A stretch of 64,000 bases of DNA from a virus: the IMG/VR virus record IMGVR_UViG_3300008952_000015, positions 64,566 to 128,565 of that record; one strand, 5' to 3'. Both the position numbers and the translations under genes were made by a program. Positions 10,293 to 20,661 of the stretch are shown one piece after another. Below the pieces are notes generated by a model. That model was not told the origin of the DNA, made no database searches, and saw nothing but the letters and a program-made list of their open reading frames with translations. Numbering within the stretch: position 1 is the first letter of the stretch; each line of letters starts with the position of its first letter.

Positions 10293-10611
10293 TAGAAGAC
10301 TCCTTGATCCACCTCTTAAATTCATCTAAGTGCATATTAATAATAGCTATTTTGACCTGATCGTTCAGGTGCTCCCAGGCATTAACTAGGGTAGAAAGAG
10401 GCAGCTCTATATATGCTTGATACATCTTCTTAGCCGTTTCATCATACTGTCTGTGACTGGCATTTACACCGACAGCTGTGAGGTAATTTACAACCTCTTC
10501 CTCGCTCATAATATCTTCTTGCACCTCTTCTGGTACAACTTCTAAATTTTTAATCTCAGCTTGCATCGGTAACAACTCCTTTTTATCAATAAACCGTAGC
10601 CTTCGGAACAT
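10285..10611 (-). CDS. Hypothetical protein
   Basis: 108-aa ORF directly after the promoter motif at 10627. Confidence 0.6.
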   Translation of the reverse strand: MFRRLRFIDKKELLPMQAEIKNLEVVPEEVQEDIMSEEEVVNYLTAVGVNASHRQYDETAKKMYQAYIELPLSTLVNAWEHLNDQVKIAIINMHLDEFKRWIKESSND

Positions 10612-10662
10612 ATTTCTTACAGATTAATATAACTGGTGTAGATTTTTTTTATAAAAGTTTAT

Positions 10663-12261
10663 CTACTCTTTTTCCTCATTTATCTCACATACCGTTACTT
10701 CGGTAGTTAAGAGAGTCCCACTTGCTGAAGCGGCATTTTGAATAGCGGATCTAACTACCTTTACCGGATCTATAATACCTCCATCTACCATGTCTGCAAC
10801 GAAAGCACCTTTAAGCGCATCAAAGCCACAGGCTTTGTTTTTGGAGGATATAATCTTCTCCATATAAGAGTGATATTCCTCTCCGGAATTCGCCAACACT
10901 TGCTTAAATGGAGCCTTTATTGCCTTAAGGATAATGTCTACTCCTACTAACTCTTCAGTCATCATAGGCTCCTTTCTTAGAGCCGCCAGATCCTTTACAC
11001 AGTGTAAGAGTGCTGCTCCACCACCCGGAACAATGCCTTCTTCTATTGCGGCTTTAACTGCATTTATTGCATCCTCTACTCGATCCTTCTTCTCCTTAAC
11101 CTCAGACTCAGATAGACCTCCTACGCTCAAAACTGCAACAGCTCCAGATAATGAAGACAAACGCTGCTTTAATGCGGCGTGCTCATAAGCCTCTAGTGAT
11201 TGGTTGGCCTGAGCTTTTATCTGCCTGACCCTTTCACCTACTGCCTCCTGTGTTCCTGCTCCATCAATTATAGAAGTTAAGTCTCTTAATACCGCGACCT
11301 TTCTGGCTTGCCCAAGATCCTCTAAGGCCAAACCCCTCAGGCTTCCCGTTACCTCAGAGGTAAATAACTTGCCCCCACATACAACAGCTATATCTTCCAT
11401 CATATCTTTTCTTATGTCACCAAACCCAGGCGCTCTAACAGCACAAGAAACCAAAGCTCCACGAGCCTTATTTAATACCAAGGTCTGCAAAGCTTCTCCC
11501 TCAACTGTCTGAGCGATAACAAGCAGCGTTCTTCCTTCTTCAGAAATTGCTTCAAGAATAGGAAGTAACTCAGACGTTGCAGATATTTTGCCATCGTATA
11601 ATAGGATATATGGATTATCTAATTCACACGACAGTTTCTCTAAGTTGGTGGCAAAGGTAGGAGTTATATATCCTCTATCAAAATTCACTCCTTCCGTATA
11701 AGAAACAGAAGTCTCAAGGCCGGTCGCTTCTTCTACAGAGATCATACCGTCATCACCTACGGCAGCTACGACAGAACCTATAAGGTTCCCTAGCTTTACA
11801 TCATTATTTGCAGATATAACAGCAACACTATTAATTAACTCTTCACTATCAACAGACTGGCTTATATCATTCAGCTTGGCTACGACAACATCGACAGCTT
11901 TATCTATACCTCTTTTTATAAGAACAGGATTGTGACCAGCGGAAACCATCTTAGCCCCTTCTGTATATATAGCTTGAGCTAAAACAGTAGCCGTTGTAGT
12001 CCCATCACCAGCAGCGTTATTTGTCGCACTTGCAACGCTCTTGATTAGCTCCGCTCCCATATTTTGAACTCTATCATTCAAAGTTATTGACCTAGCAACC
12101 GTAACTCCATCTTTAGTTATAAGCGGTGGCCCGAACCTCCTTTCAATAGCGGCGTTTCTGCCCCTTGGTCCGAGAGTGGCCTTTACCGCATTAGCCAAAA
12201 CATCAAGACCCTCTTGTAACCCTTGTCTTGCATCAGAACTAAATCGAACTTCTTTACCCAT
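10663..12261 (-). CDS. groEL: Chaperonin GroEL
   Basis: TLGPRGRN, ITKDGVTVA, AGDGTTTATVLA, FDRGY, APGFGD, RVEDA and GIVPGGG motifs; no GGM tail. Confidence 0.97.
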   Translation of the reverse strand: MGKEVRFSSDARQGLQEGLDVLANAVKATLGPRGRNAAIERRFGPPLITKDGVTVARSITLNDRVQNMGAELIKSVASATNNAAGDGTTTATVLAQAIYTEGAKMVSAGHNPVLIKRGIDKAVDVVVAKLNDISQSVDSEELINSVAVISANNDVKLGNLIGSVVAAVGDDGMISVEEATGLETSVSYTEGVNFDRGYITPTFATNLEKLSCELDNPYILLYDGKISATSELLPILEAISEEGRTLLVIAQTVEGEALQTLVLNKARGALVSCAVRAPGFGDIRKDMMEDIAVVCGGKLFTSEVTGSLRGLALEDLGQARKVAVLRDLTSIIDGAGTQEAVGERVRQIKAQANQSLEAYEHAALKQRLSSLSGAVAVLSVGGLSESEVKEKKDRVEDAINAVKAAIEEGIVPGGGAALLHCVKDLAALRKEPMMTEELVGVDIILKAIKAPFKQVLANSGEEYHSYMEKIISSKNKACGFDALKGAFVADMVDGGIIDPVKVVRSAIQNAASASGTLLTTEVTVCEINEEKE

Positions 12262-12475
12262 TTGTATCTCCATTATTCATTTTCTTAAAATCAACACCAT
12301 CATTGATGGTATCATTAACCTTTGCAGCTATTAGATAACCCATAAGAAAGAGTGATAGTACCAAAAATACTTGAAAACCAAGTATTATTTTGAACTGCAA
12401 ATACTTCTCCATGTAAACTATATTACCATTATAACGGCTAAGTTACAAGTGCGTTTAGGTCTTTTTGACATCCAT

Positions 12476-12802
12476 CTATTCCTGGTCCTCATCTCTACAC
12501 TCTTCAGTCTCTTTAGCCTTCTTTGCAGCTATCCTATCGAGTCTCTTTATTCTTCCAGAAATTCTCTCTGCCGCAAAAACTACTTCATCCTCATCAAGTT
12601 CTTCCGCAAAGAAATAAAAGATAGCCTTCCCGCCATCAGTTAAACCTGCCTCAATTTCTGCAACCTTCTGCTTAAGAGCCGAAAGATTTATCATATCTCT
12701 AAGCAATTCTTGACCAGCCTCAAGCACCTTTGGATCGTCGGCCTTATCAATCATTGTTCTAAATTCATCAAGTTTACTCATCAAAAACTCCTGCTGTTTC
12801 AT
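12476..12802 (-). CDS. Hypothetical coiled-coil protein
   Basis: 108-aa ORF divergent from 12851. Confidence 0.6.
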   Translation of the reverse strand: MKQQEFLMSKLDEFRTMIDKADDPKVLEAGQELLRDMINLSALKQKVAEIEAGLTDGGKAIFYFFAEELDEDEVVFAAERISGRIKRLDRIAAKKAKETEECRDEDQE

Positions 12803-12850
12803 GGGTTATTTTACTACTAATATTAAAAATATAGTTAGTTTTCGTTACTT

Positions 12851-14401
12851 ATGGAGAAAATTATGGACATATCAAACAGAGCGGCCTTACTTGAAACTAT
12901 GTATAAAAGTGCTAACCCAGCCAGAGGAGCTGGCAAAGCAACCTCTGAAACCGTCAAAGAACTGTCTCAGCCATTCCTATCTCTTGAGGAGAGACAGGAG
13001 AGGCTAAGAGCGATTCAAAATTCGCTTCGTGGTGCAGATGGACCATTAACTTACACTGAAGAACAAAAGAAAAAACTAGCATCATATAAAGACCTTGTTG
13101 ATAACTGGGATTCTTACAAAGAATATGTAAACCCCCAGTTACAAGCTTTGGGTGATTTGGTTGCCGAAAAAACTATTCTGCCAATCATAAAGGCTATAAA
13201 GGGTGGAGAGAAAGGAGCGGTAGAGCACGGAATTCCTGTTCCCAAAAAGCGCGATACAGCCAAAGCTGAAGCAGATATAAAGGCAACTGGATCAACCATT
13301 CACGATCTCCGATGTTTCAAGCAAACCTATGCCGCACTTCAGAATAATACTTTTCATAAAATTGCCTCTTCAAAAATGGCTAGAGAAGACATATCCTCTG
13401 CCTTTCAAACAGAATTTGATAAGTCTTATGACATATTCATAAAAAACGCTAAAGACTACGGAGATTTAGATCACGAGACATACGCTCAATTTCACGAACT
13501 TGCCGTAGCACATCATATTTTAACCCAAGAAGGGTTCGTTAAAGATGCTAAGGTTATAGATAACTTTGTCATAAAAAATGCTGGATTCTGGAGCACTGTA
13601 GGTGACGGGTTATCTGACGGGTTATCTTATGCTTGGGATGCAGCAAAAGGTGTAGCCTCAAAAGCTATTGAGTATGGTGGCAAAGCAATAAGCTTTGTTG
13701 CCGATGTAGCTGTCGGTGCAGTTAAAGCAGTCGGAAAGGCCGCATGGGGAGTGTTAAAAGGCTTAAAATATATCGTTACAAAGCTTCCTTTTATTGGAAT
13801 CATTTTTTCTGCTCCCTTTTTCCTAAAAAATCTTATTGAAAGTTACCAAAACGGAAAACGAATACTTTTAGAACAACCGCTTGAGAAATATGGATGGAAC
13901 CCATATATCGTCATAACTCCCGCTGGTCTTGGTCATGTTCGTTCGACGTTTATAAAAGCAGTTGATAAGCATAAGAAAGATCCAGACGCTCTAAAGGAAA
14001 TCTTAACTATCTTTAGAACAATAGGCGCATTTTGGATTGACCTTCTGTTTATGATAACTAATGGATTCATGCTCTTTCTTGACTTATGTGCTCTCATTGG
14101 ATTCATAGCTGGGTTTTTTACTGCTGGTGCAGGTTGGCTGGTAGCTGTTGGTGCCTACGGAGGAAGCTTTCTCTTAGCCCTCGGAATAGGCGCATTAGAA
14201 CTTGGTGCCGAATACTTCAAAGATGAAATGTGGGACAAAGATTGTCTGTACTTACTCGATGAAGCTAAGAAGGAAATCAAAATCTTGCTATCAGAAGGAA
14301 CCCCTGCTAAACGATCCAAAACTACGGTGGTAAACCCCTATGAGGAATCTAGCTCTGATGTTATCGAAACATCAGAAGATCCTATTCCTATTGCTGCCTA
14401 G
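12851..14401 (+). CDS. Membrane-associated protein with internal helical tag, putative virion/ejection protein
   Basis: Internal FHELAVAHHILTQEGFVKDAKVIDNFVIKNA, followed by Gly/Ala amphipathic repeats and hydrophobic helices. Confidence 0.7.
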   Translation: MEKIMDISNRAALLETMYKSANPARGAGKATSETVKELSQPFLSLEERQERLRAIQNSLRGADGPLTYTEEQKKKLASYKDLVDNWDSYKEYVNPQLQALGDLVAEKTILPIIKAIKGGEKGAVEHGIPVPKKRDTAKAEADIKATGSTIHDLRCFKQTYAALQNNTFHKIASSKMAREDISSAFQTEFDKSYDIFIKNAKDYGDLDHETYAQFHELAVAHHILTQEGFVKDAKVIDNFVIKNAGFWSTVGDGLSDGLSYAWDAAKGVASKAIEYGGKAISFVADVAVGAVKAVGKAAWGVLKGLKYIVTKLPFIGIIFSAPFFLKNLIESYQNGKRILLEQPLEKYGWNPYIVITPAGLGHVRSTFIKAVDKHKKDPDALKEILTIFRTIGAFWIDLLFMITNGFMLFLDLCALIGFIAGFFTAGAGWLVAVGAYGGSFLLALGIGALELGAEYFKDEMWDKDCLYLLDEAKKEIKILLSEGTPAKRSKTTVVNPYEESSSDVIETSEDPIPIAA

Positions 14402-14638
14402 ACAACTTATTACTAGGCTTTCTACTCCACCATCTTAACCATTCCTGTTCCCACTCTTCCTGGGAAACTCGCCGCGATCTTCCTCTTATGATAGAGAAGT
14501 AAATGGTTCTCGAAACATTGTTCACTATATTATCTCCTAGATATGTCAAAAGAAGCTTCGCTCTAATAGCCAAACCCACAGCAATATAACTCATGCAGAT
14601 TATTTTTCATAAATCTGCTACCCAAGCTTCTGTTTTTT

Positions 14639-15085
14639 TCAAGTATTGGCTTGAATTAACTTAAAGATTCTGCCATACTGTGTGAATTTACCGCCATCCT
14701 TTAAAAGCTTCGCAAGAGATAATAGAAATTCTCCTTCTCCCTCTCTATAATTTGGATTAGAGGATTTTCTTATGCCTTCAAGTTGAGGCAAATCTTTTTC
14801 CCATTTAGACAAGAAGTCACTTGGAGAATCACCCGTAAGCGATTTGAAGTATCTCAAGTAATCTGACAAAGATGCTGCGTTTACTCCCGCCTCTTTTGAC
14901 CACCTAACATCGGCCTCGTTGATACTTTTTGCCTTAGACCCATAAGAAACAACAAATGGAAGCTCAAGGCTGTCCTTCTCCATAGGTATCCAGCCAAAGG
15001 TAATCTCCGTATCTGAAGCACGTTCTTCATGGTATGCGAAGCAACTTTTTACTTTAAGCTTCTTTATAGTGTCATTACTACTCAT
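14639..15085 (-). CDS. Hypothetical protein
   Basis: 148-aa ORF coupled to the glutamine synthetase stop. Confidence 0.6.
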   Translation of the reverse strand: MSSNDTIKKLKVKSCFAYHEERASDTEITFGWIPMEKDSLELPFVVSYGSKAKSINEADVRWSKEAGVNAASLSDYLRYFKSLTGDSPSDFLSKWEKDLPQLEGIRKSSNPNYREGEGEFLLSLAKLLKDGGKFTQYGRIFKLIQANT

Positions 15086-16142
15086 TTGATTCCTTATCTA
15101 CCGCTGTAGCCTCAAGGAGATAAGTAGCTACCTTATAGGGATCTGCGTTAGAGTTAGGTCTACGGTCCTCAAAGTACCCCAGACCCTGCTTTTCTACATG
15201 CCAAGGAATTCTAATTGAAGCGCCTCTATCTGAAACTCCATAGCGAAACTCATTTATAGAGCATGTCTCATGTTGCCCCGTAAGCCTTCTCTCTAAGCCT
15301 TCTCCGTAAACGCTAGAAATCTTTTCTAAATTACTGGAAAGACCCAACTTTTCACAGGCTGCGTTAATATGCTCTAGACCACCCTCTTCTCGCATATCTT
15401 TCGTTGAGAAGTTAGTGTGCATACCGCTTCCATTCCAGTCGCCAGAAACAGGCTTTGGATCAAGCTCAATACTCAAGCCTCTTGTTTCGGCAATTCTGTT
15501 TAGAATAAACCTAGAAACCCACAGATGATCGCATGTAGCTACTGCATTAATGCCCGGTCCTCCAATCTGATATTCCCACTGACCTAAAGCTACTTCTGCG
15601 TTTACACCTACGATAGATATTCCAGAGCCTAAGCAAGCTGTCAGATGAAGTTCTGATACCGACCTTCCTTCAGCTAAGCCTCCACCAACAGCACAATAGT
15701 ACGGACCTTGAGGATCTGGATCTCCAGACTTACCCCAGCCCATAGGTCTGTTAGTTTCAGTATCAATTATAAAGTATTCCTGCTCAAACCCAAGAAACGG
15801 CTCTGACCCTCCATGCTCTATCATGGCATCAATCATCCTTGCTCTAGAGTTTGACGAATGAGGTGTCAAGTCTGCATTAAGAACATCACATAACACCAAG
15901 ATTCCATTCTGCCTATTTGAGTCAACACAGGCGAAAACGGGCCTTAAAACGCAATCAGATGACTCAGTAGTAGCTTGCCCCGTACTGCTTCCGTCGAACC
16001 CCCATACGGGAATGTCTGAAAGACTTAACTTCCAATCTTCATCCTCAGATTGGATGTTCAGAACCCTCGTCTTAGACCTAATCTGCGGCGTATCGCCTCC
16101 ATCTAACCAAATATATTCGCACTTTAATGTAGCTGCACTCAT
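15078..16142 (-). CDS. glnII: Glutamine synthetase type II
   Basis: EYIWLDG, RSKT, WGFDGSSTGQA, EQEY, GPYYC, QWEYQIG, DWNGSGMH, RRLTGQHET and YFEDRRP motifs; ~350-aa GSII length. Confidence 0.93.
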   Translation of the reverse strand: MSAATLKCEYIWLDGGDTPQIRSKTRVLNIQSEDEDWKLSLSDIPVWGFDGSSTGQATTESSDCVLRPVFACVDSNRQNGILVLCDVLNADLTPHSSNSRARMIDAMIEHGGSEPFLGFEQEYFIIDTETNRPMGWGKSGDPDPQGPYYCAVGGGLAEGRSVSELHLTACLGSGISIVGVNAEVALGQWEYQIGGPGINAVATCDHLWVSRFILNRIAETRGLSIELDPKPVSGDWNGSGMHTNFSTKDMREEGGLEHINAACEKLGLSSNLEKISSVYGEGLERRLTGQHETCSINEFRYGVSDRGASIRIPWHVEKQGLGYFEDRRPNSNADPYKVATYLLEATAVDKESNE

Positions 16143-16157
16143 TGTATAATCTCCTGT

Positions 16158-17003
16158 TTAGCTATTGTCTATAGTCTCTGAAAAGGTAGAAACAAACTTA
16201 CCGTAATAAGGTTCCTTCAACATGCTCTCAAATCCCATACTTTCAAATGAAGCTCTCACTTCCTGTTCGTTAAATTCTGAGGTCGAAACCTCAAGGCCCG
16301 TAGTGTCAACGGGCATAAGTCTTATTAAATCGTAACTAGTATTATACTCATTGTAGAAACGAGAATCTTTCAATCTATTTTCTAATTCACCATCTTTGGA
16401 AAGAATCTTTGAAGCAGTCTTTTTTCCGATGCCTTTAACCCCAGGAATATTATCAGACTTATCTCCCACCATAGCCTTCCAAGAGACATAATCATAATCT
16501 GTATTCTGTCGATAAGAAGAGGCTACTGGATTGTATAGCTTTACTGTATCTGGATAGTCGTTTAAAATTTGTATAAAGTCCGTATCGCTTGACACTATGA
16601 GTACATCATCGGATGCGTGTAAAGTCTTTATTATGTGCAAAACAAGATCATCGCACTCGTAATCAGGGTGATACATAGAAGTTACGGGAAAATGCTTTCC
16701 CATCAGCTCTATAATGGTATCCTTTTGTCGCTTAAAAGACTTCCAGTAAGCAACCTCATCTGGATCAGTAGTTTCAACGCGCCTAGTCCCTTTATACTCA
16801 GGGTACATCTCCAGTCTTACGGTAGGCTTTCCATCCAAGGGAAAGTATATCTTATCAGGTTCAAACTGTTCTACGGTTGCCCTTAAAGTTCTCATAAAAT
16901 TAAAAACTATCTGGTTATCACCAGTGGCAAACCCACCTCCCCACTGAAACCGACACCTATGTATCATGTTGTAAGCATCAATTATCATTATTTTCTTCTT
17001 CAT
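16158..17003 (-). CDS. 5'-3' exonuclease / flap endonuclease (T4 RNase H / PolI N-terminal-like)
   Basis: IIDAYN, YPEYKGTR, ECDD, SSDTDFIQ and GDKSDNIPGVKGIG motifs. Confidence 0.92.
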   Translation of the reverse strand: MKKKIMIIDAYNMIHRCRFQWGGGFATGDNQIVFNFMRTLRATVEQFEPDKIYFPLDGKPTVRLEMYPEYKGTRRVETTDPDEVAYWKSFKRQKDTIIELMGKHFPVTSMYHPDYECDDLVLHIIKTLHASDDVLIVSSDTDFIQILNDYPDTVKLYNPVASSYRQNTDYDYVSWKAMVGDKSDNIPGVKGIGKKTASKILSKDGELENRLKDSRFYNEYNTSYDLIRLMPVDTTGLEVSTSEFNEQEVRASFESMGFESMLKEPYYGKFVSTFSETIDNS

Positions 17004-17084
17004 ATCTCTTCCTATATACTTATGTTGCTCTCGTTAAGAAAATATACCCACAACTTTGATATTTTCAACTTCTTTATGAAAAAA

Positions 17085-17121
17085 AACAAAAAGCCGTGGA
17101 GACAGCTATATCTCCACGGCT
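17085..17121 (-). terminator. Intrinsic terminator
   Basis: AGCCGTGGAGA/TCTCCACGGCT stem with U-tail on the minus strand. Confidence 0.75.
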
Positions 17122-17136
17122 AATTGCAATCTTGAT

Positions 17137-17337
17137 TTAGCTTAAGTTTTGATTTAAAAAACTCTTCAAAGCCTTAGCATCCCGAATAGTCATGCTAACA
17201 GTCTGATCGCTAAGCCGCCAGTCATCAGAGCTGACAGTCAGCGTCAGATTATTGCTACCAGCTTGCTTTCGAGTGCTATGGTTTGTTAGCTCCATCTTAA
17301 CGCTCTTTGTATCGTGAACTTTATTTATATTCGACAT
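17137..17337 (-). CDS. Small hypothetical protein, possible PC4/PUR-like beta-beta-alpha fold
   Basis: AGGAG RBS; strand-strand-helix pattern (LTLTVS...VSMTIRDAKALKSFL). Confidence 0.55.
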   Translation of the reverse strand: MSNINKVHDTKSVKMELTNHSTRKQAGSNNLTLTVSSDDWRLSDQTVSMTIRDAKALKSFLNQNLS

Positions 17338-17549
17338 TTATTTCTCCTTTGTGTTGAAAATCATAATTTTATCATCAAGCTTAGGCTCATCCTTAGGCTT
17401 GCTCTTGACCTCTCTTTGCTTATCGCTCAGAGTACCTTCTTCTTCTGTTGCAGACTCTTCGTTCATCAATCCTCCTTCTCCGGTTAAGTCTCCCCATAGT
17501 GGAGAGAACGGGTTATTTCCAAAGCAATATACGCCTTGGCTCTCTACTG

Positions 17550-17825
17550 CTAGTTCTTTAGAAAATCTTTTTTAAAACCTTCTAATGAAATGATATAATT
17601 TATCGTAGTGATATTGTCATCGCTATCTGCTGTTCTATAGTGGATAAGGCAGTTGTTCAGATCAATATCTGTTACAACACCTTTTTTAAACCTCTCACTC
17701 TTAGATTTAGTAGATACTCTTATCGAATCTCCTTTGCGAAAATCTTTGATAAAAAAACAATGAAACTCGTCGAAAGGCTTACCCCTCATCTTCTTCGCGC
17801 CCTTTTTGTAAGGCTTGTCAGACAT
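17550..17825 (-). CDS. Small basic protein, KOW/SH3-like
   Basis: FRKGDSIRV...KKGVVTDID pattern. Confidence 0.5.
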   Translation of the reverse strand: MSDKPYKKGAKKMRGKPFDEFHCFFIKDFRKGDSIRVSTKSKSERFKKGVVTDIDLNNCLIHYRTADSDDNITTINYIISLEGFKKDFLKN

Positions 17826-17879
17826 TTTCTTTTCCTTTAATTAAGGTTTTGATTAGGCATCATCGCCACATGACGATGA

Positions 17880-18053
17880 TTAAGTAGGATCATTAAAGTG
17901 AACAACTTGATCTCCAGCAACAATGGCTAATACGTCGCCCTTAAACCCTTTCTTAAGAAAAGATAGGGTGTCGCTTTTTCCATGCGGCCCATGAATAACC
18001 TTTGAGGATAATTCATAAGTACAAGGCTCTCTGTATATAACTGTCCAAATCAT
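17880..18053 (-). CDS. Hypothetical protein
   Basis: MIWTVIYREP start after a GGAGGAG RBS, just downstream of tRNA-Leu. Confidence 0.55.
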   Translation of the reverse strand: MIWTVIYREPCTYELSSKVIHGPHGKSDTLSFLKKGFKGDVLAIVAGDQVVHFNDPT

Positions 18054-18073
18054 ATCGCTCTCCTCCAGGCAAG

Positions 18074-18160
18074 TGGTAGGGATGATGGGACTCGAACCCA
18101 TAAGATCATTTGATCGACAGATTTTAAGTCTGTTGCGTATGCCAATTCCGCCACATCCCC
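18074..18160 (-). tRNA. tRNA-Leu(TAA)
   Basis: Cloverleaf with long variable arm; anticodon arm ACAGA-CTTAAAA-TCTGT; GTTCGAGTC; encoded CCA. Confidence 0.95.
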
Positions 18161-18174
18161 ATTGTAGTCATAAA

Positions 18175-18795
18175 TCAAATAATGTCAATAGAATTTTCAA
18201 ACATATGTTTGACCTTCTTTTTTATCACCTTGTTAATACCAGGGTTGATAGTTAAAACATTTTCCATCAGTTTGTGCCGGATAAGATTCCGCATATAAGA
18301 AGTGTCAGCGTTACTAGGATCTTCTAAGAATGGGACTTCTTTTCTGGCGCACCAGCCCGTTAGAGCAAGTTTGCTGGTAGCTAAGAATGGTCTGATAAAG
18401 TTGTCCCGACTATATGGAATAAGCATTGGGTTGCCATGAATGGATGTAAATAGCCATGTTTCAACTGCGTCATCTAGGTGATGGCATGTGATAATCTTTT
18501 TGTCTAAAAAGTTAGAGAAAAATGCGTATCTTTCATTTCTCCAGTATTCTTCTTTTGATTCGTCAGAAGCTCGTTCTCTCTCTACCGTTCCGACCTCAAG
18601 TCGAAGATTTCTGTTCTCACAATAATTTCTAACAAAAGCTTCTGCTTTGGGCGCAAATGCAGTACCATGATTAAAATGGAGCACGAGCAATTCTCTATTG
18701 CTTCGACTAAGAAAGTCCAATACAGCCATGCTATCAGAGCCTCCAGAGACAGCTACCGCTACCTTCTTTGGAATACTCCCTAAAATATTAATCAT
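18175..18795 (-). CDS. tilS: tRNA(Ile)-lysidine synthetase, catalytic domain only
   Basis: PP-loop AVSGGSDS, NHG, R..RY, HHLDDAVET, IRPFL, EDPSN and RNLIRH motifs. Confidence 0.9.
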   Translation of the reverse strand: MINILGSIPKKVAVAVSGGSDSMAVLDFLSRSNRELLVLHFNHGTAFAPKAEAFVRNYCENRNLRLEVGTVERERASDESKEEYWRNERYAFFSNFLDKKIITCHHLDDAVETWLFTSIHGNPMLIPYSRDNFIRPFLATSKLALTGWCARKEVPFLEDPSNADTSYMRNLIRHKLMENVLTINPGINKVIKKKVKHMFENSIDII

Positions 18796-18830
18796 AAAGC
18801 AATACCCTACCAGTAATGATTCCTATGTCA

Positions 18831-18849
18831 ATATAACTGATGAAGAAAA
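18831..18849 (-). promoter_or_regulatory. Extended phage promoter motif upstream of tilS
   Basis: ATATAACTGATGAAGAAAA. Confidence 0.75.
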
Positions 18850-18862
18850 TATTTAAAATAAT

Positions 18863-19147
18863 TTAATGAAGCATCCCATCATCACCACCGAACCCGCCGC
18901 TTGAGGATATTATGTGAGATAGGATCTGTTCAAATGTCTGCAACTTTGTTACATTAAGTTGGATTTGTGTCTGATGTAATGTTTGCTGTTGCTCTAAAAT
19001 AGATAGCTCTTTCTCTAAAAGTTCAAAGCTTTTATTTATGATCTCTGATTTTAAATGCTTTTGTATCATAAACATCGAATATATGTTTGCAACAGATAGA
19101 ATTAAGGCTATCATTAATAATGCTATTGAAAAATAATCTATATACAT
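18863..19147 (-). CDS. Small membrane-anchored coiled-coil protein
   Basis: N-terminal hydrophobic helix followed by a heptad-like region. Confidence 0.55.
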   Translation of the reverse strand: MYIDYFSIALLMIALILSVANIYSMFMIQKHLKSEIINKSFELLEKELSILEQQQTLHQTQIQLNVTKLQTFEQILSHIISSSGGFGGDDGMLH

Positions 19148-19149
19148 AT

Positions 19150-19467
19150 CTATTCTATATACTCAGTTAATAAGTTTTTAATTTCTTCAAGGTCACTTGC
19201 ATCAAATGACTCATATATAATACTAACAAGTTCGCTTTTAAACATTTCATTTGTAGCGTTTGCTTGAATTTCTGCCCTAAGGTCATCAAAGTCAGCCCCG
19301 CGACTATACCCCTCTTCTGCCTCTAGGCTAAGTTCATCAGAGGTACTTGTAGCGACTCCATAAAGCTTATGTATCATGTCGTCAATATATATTGACTCCT
19401 CAGTCATCTCTAGTTCATAAAGTTCTTTTGATAATCTTAATAATTCAGCTAACATTTTAATCTCCAA
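19150..19467 (-). CDS. Acidic protein with degenerate helical tag
   Basis: MLAELLRLSKELYELEMTEESIYIDDMI. Confidence 0.6.
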   Translation of the reverse strand: MEIKMLAELLRLSKELYELEMTEESIYIDDMIHKLYGVATSTSDELSLEAEEGYSRGADFDDLRAEIQANATNEMFKSELVSIIYESFDASDLEEIKNLLTEYIE

Positions 19468-19540
19468 TTCTATTATTTTTCACAAGTAACATTACATCGT
19501 ATTACTATATTTTATTATTTTTCAATAATAGAACAACTTT

Positions 19541-19798
19541 ATGTGCAAGAAGAGAATAAATCTTATGAAAATTATACCGAAAATTGTTTTATATGTTGCT
19601 GTAGTTCTGCTGCTATCTGTTTCTTTAAACGAAAAAGCTGATTCTCAAATTGAGTCGTCAATAATAGAACCTATTGTGATTGAGAGTCAAGCAAAAGTAG
19701 AGCCTACCCCCTATAGCGTTAGCGACGAAAATAAAATTAAGAACCCAATATATAAAGAGAAAATAATTTTAAGCTCTAGTTTAAAATTAGATCATTAG
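19541..19798 (+). CDS. Small secreted/membrane protein
   Basis: Signal-peptide-like N-terminus. Confidence 0.45.
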   Translation: MCKKRINLMKIIPKIVLYVAVVLLLSVSLNEKADSQIESSIIEPIVIESQAKVEPTPYSVSDENKIKNPIYKEKIILSSSLKLDH

Positions 19799-20102
19799 AT
19801 CTAGAAAAATTAGAATAAGCATCTATGTGAAACTTATCTATAAAATCTAAATATATATCTTGGTCTGGAAAGACTATAGTAGATGCGATTGCTCCACCGC
19901 TAGGCTTTTCTACGCAGAATGTCATAACTGGAAACGAAAACTCTTCCTCAATACCTTCGCTTCCCATAACCGATATAAAGCCCTGCATATTCTCTACTGA
20001 GCTGCCAAAAGGAATTGTTGTTAGAAGTCTTCCTCCTAAGCCTTTTTGTTGTTCCCATAATGTTTGAGGGGTTTCTTCATTCATCTTTGACGCAAAAGTC
20101 AT
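19776..20102 (-). CDS. Hypothetical protein
   Basis: 108-aa ORF within the operon. Confidence 0.55.
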   Translation of the reverse strand: MTFASKMNEETPQTLWEQQKGLGGRLLTTIPFGSSVENMQGFISVMGSEGIEEEFSFPVMTFCVEKPSGGAIASTIVFPDQDIYLDFIDKFHIDAYSNFSRSNDLILN

Positions 20103-20112
20103 ATATGCCTAC

Positions 20113-20391
20113 CTATGTTTTGATTTTATCAAGCAAAAATAACGCAGGGTATGACAATGTTTCCTCTAACTCTACAAACTCCCAGAGTGGTAGGTCTTCA
20201 AGAACACCCTCATACCTCTTAGTCTTATAAGAACTGTCTCTAAGGCGCTTTAATCCATTATTAATAGCTCGTACAGCATCTCCTTTTCTAGGCCATGTCT
20301 TCCCTACTTTGGTCCATTTCTCTCGCGAGAGAGAAGACAGAAAGAGCTTTGTTTTAGTATGCCGAACTTTATATCCAAGAACTTTTCTCAT
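20113..20391 (-). CDS. Hypothetical protein
   Basis: 92-aa basic ORF. Confidence 0.55.
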   Translation of the reverse strand: MRKVLGYKVRHTKTKLFLSSLSREKWTKVGKTWPRKGDAVRAINNGLKRLRDSSYKTKRYEGVLEDLPLWEFVELEETLSYPALFLLDKIKT

Positions 20392-20427
20392 GGGTATATT
20401 ATACCCATTATTATTTTCAGTCTCTAT

Positions 20428-20661
20428 TTATTCTTTTTTAGAAACAATCGTGCCAGATATATTATCATCAGTCTTGCCAGCCAATGTAGTTGATACAAAC
20501 TTTTGAAAACGCTTATGAGAAAACCTCTTTAGGCCCTCTCTTTTTTTGAACCATTCTACAAAATCTTTGTCTAAATCAAAGTGTAAAGTAGACGTTCCGT
20601 TTTTATTATCTGTAATTTTAGATATTTTAAGTCGAGCAATATGTTCTGCTTCACTCTTCAT
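20428..20661 (-). CDS. Hypothetical protein
   Basis: 77-aa ORF overlapping the CYTH gene stop. Confidence 0.5.
   Translation of the reverse strand: MKSEAEHIARLKISKITDNKNGTSTLHFDLDKDFVEWFKKREGLKRFSHKRFQKFVSTTLAGKTDDNISGTIVSKKE

Noticed and set aside
17880-18255. ORFs 17880-18101 (long form) and 18073-18255
   Set aside because: They overlap tRNA-Leu; the real small gene starts at 18053
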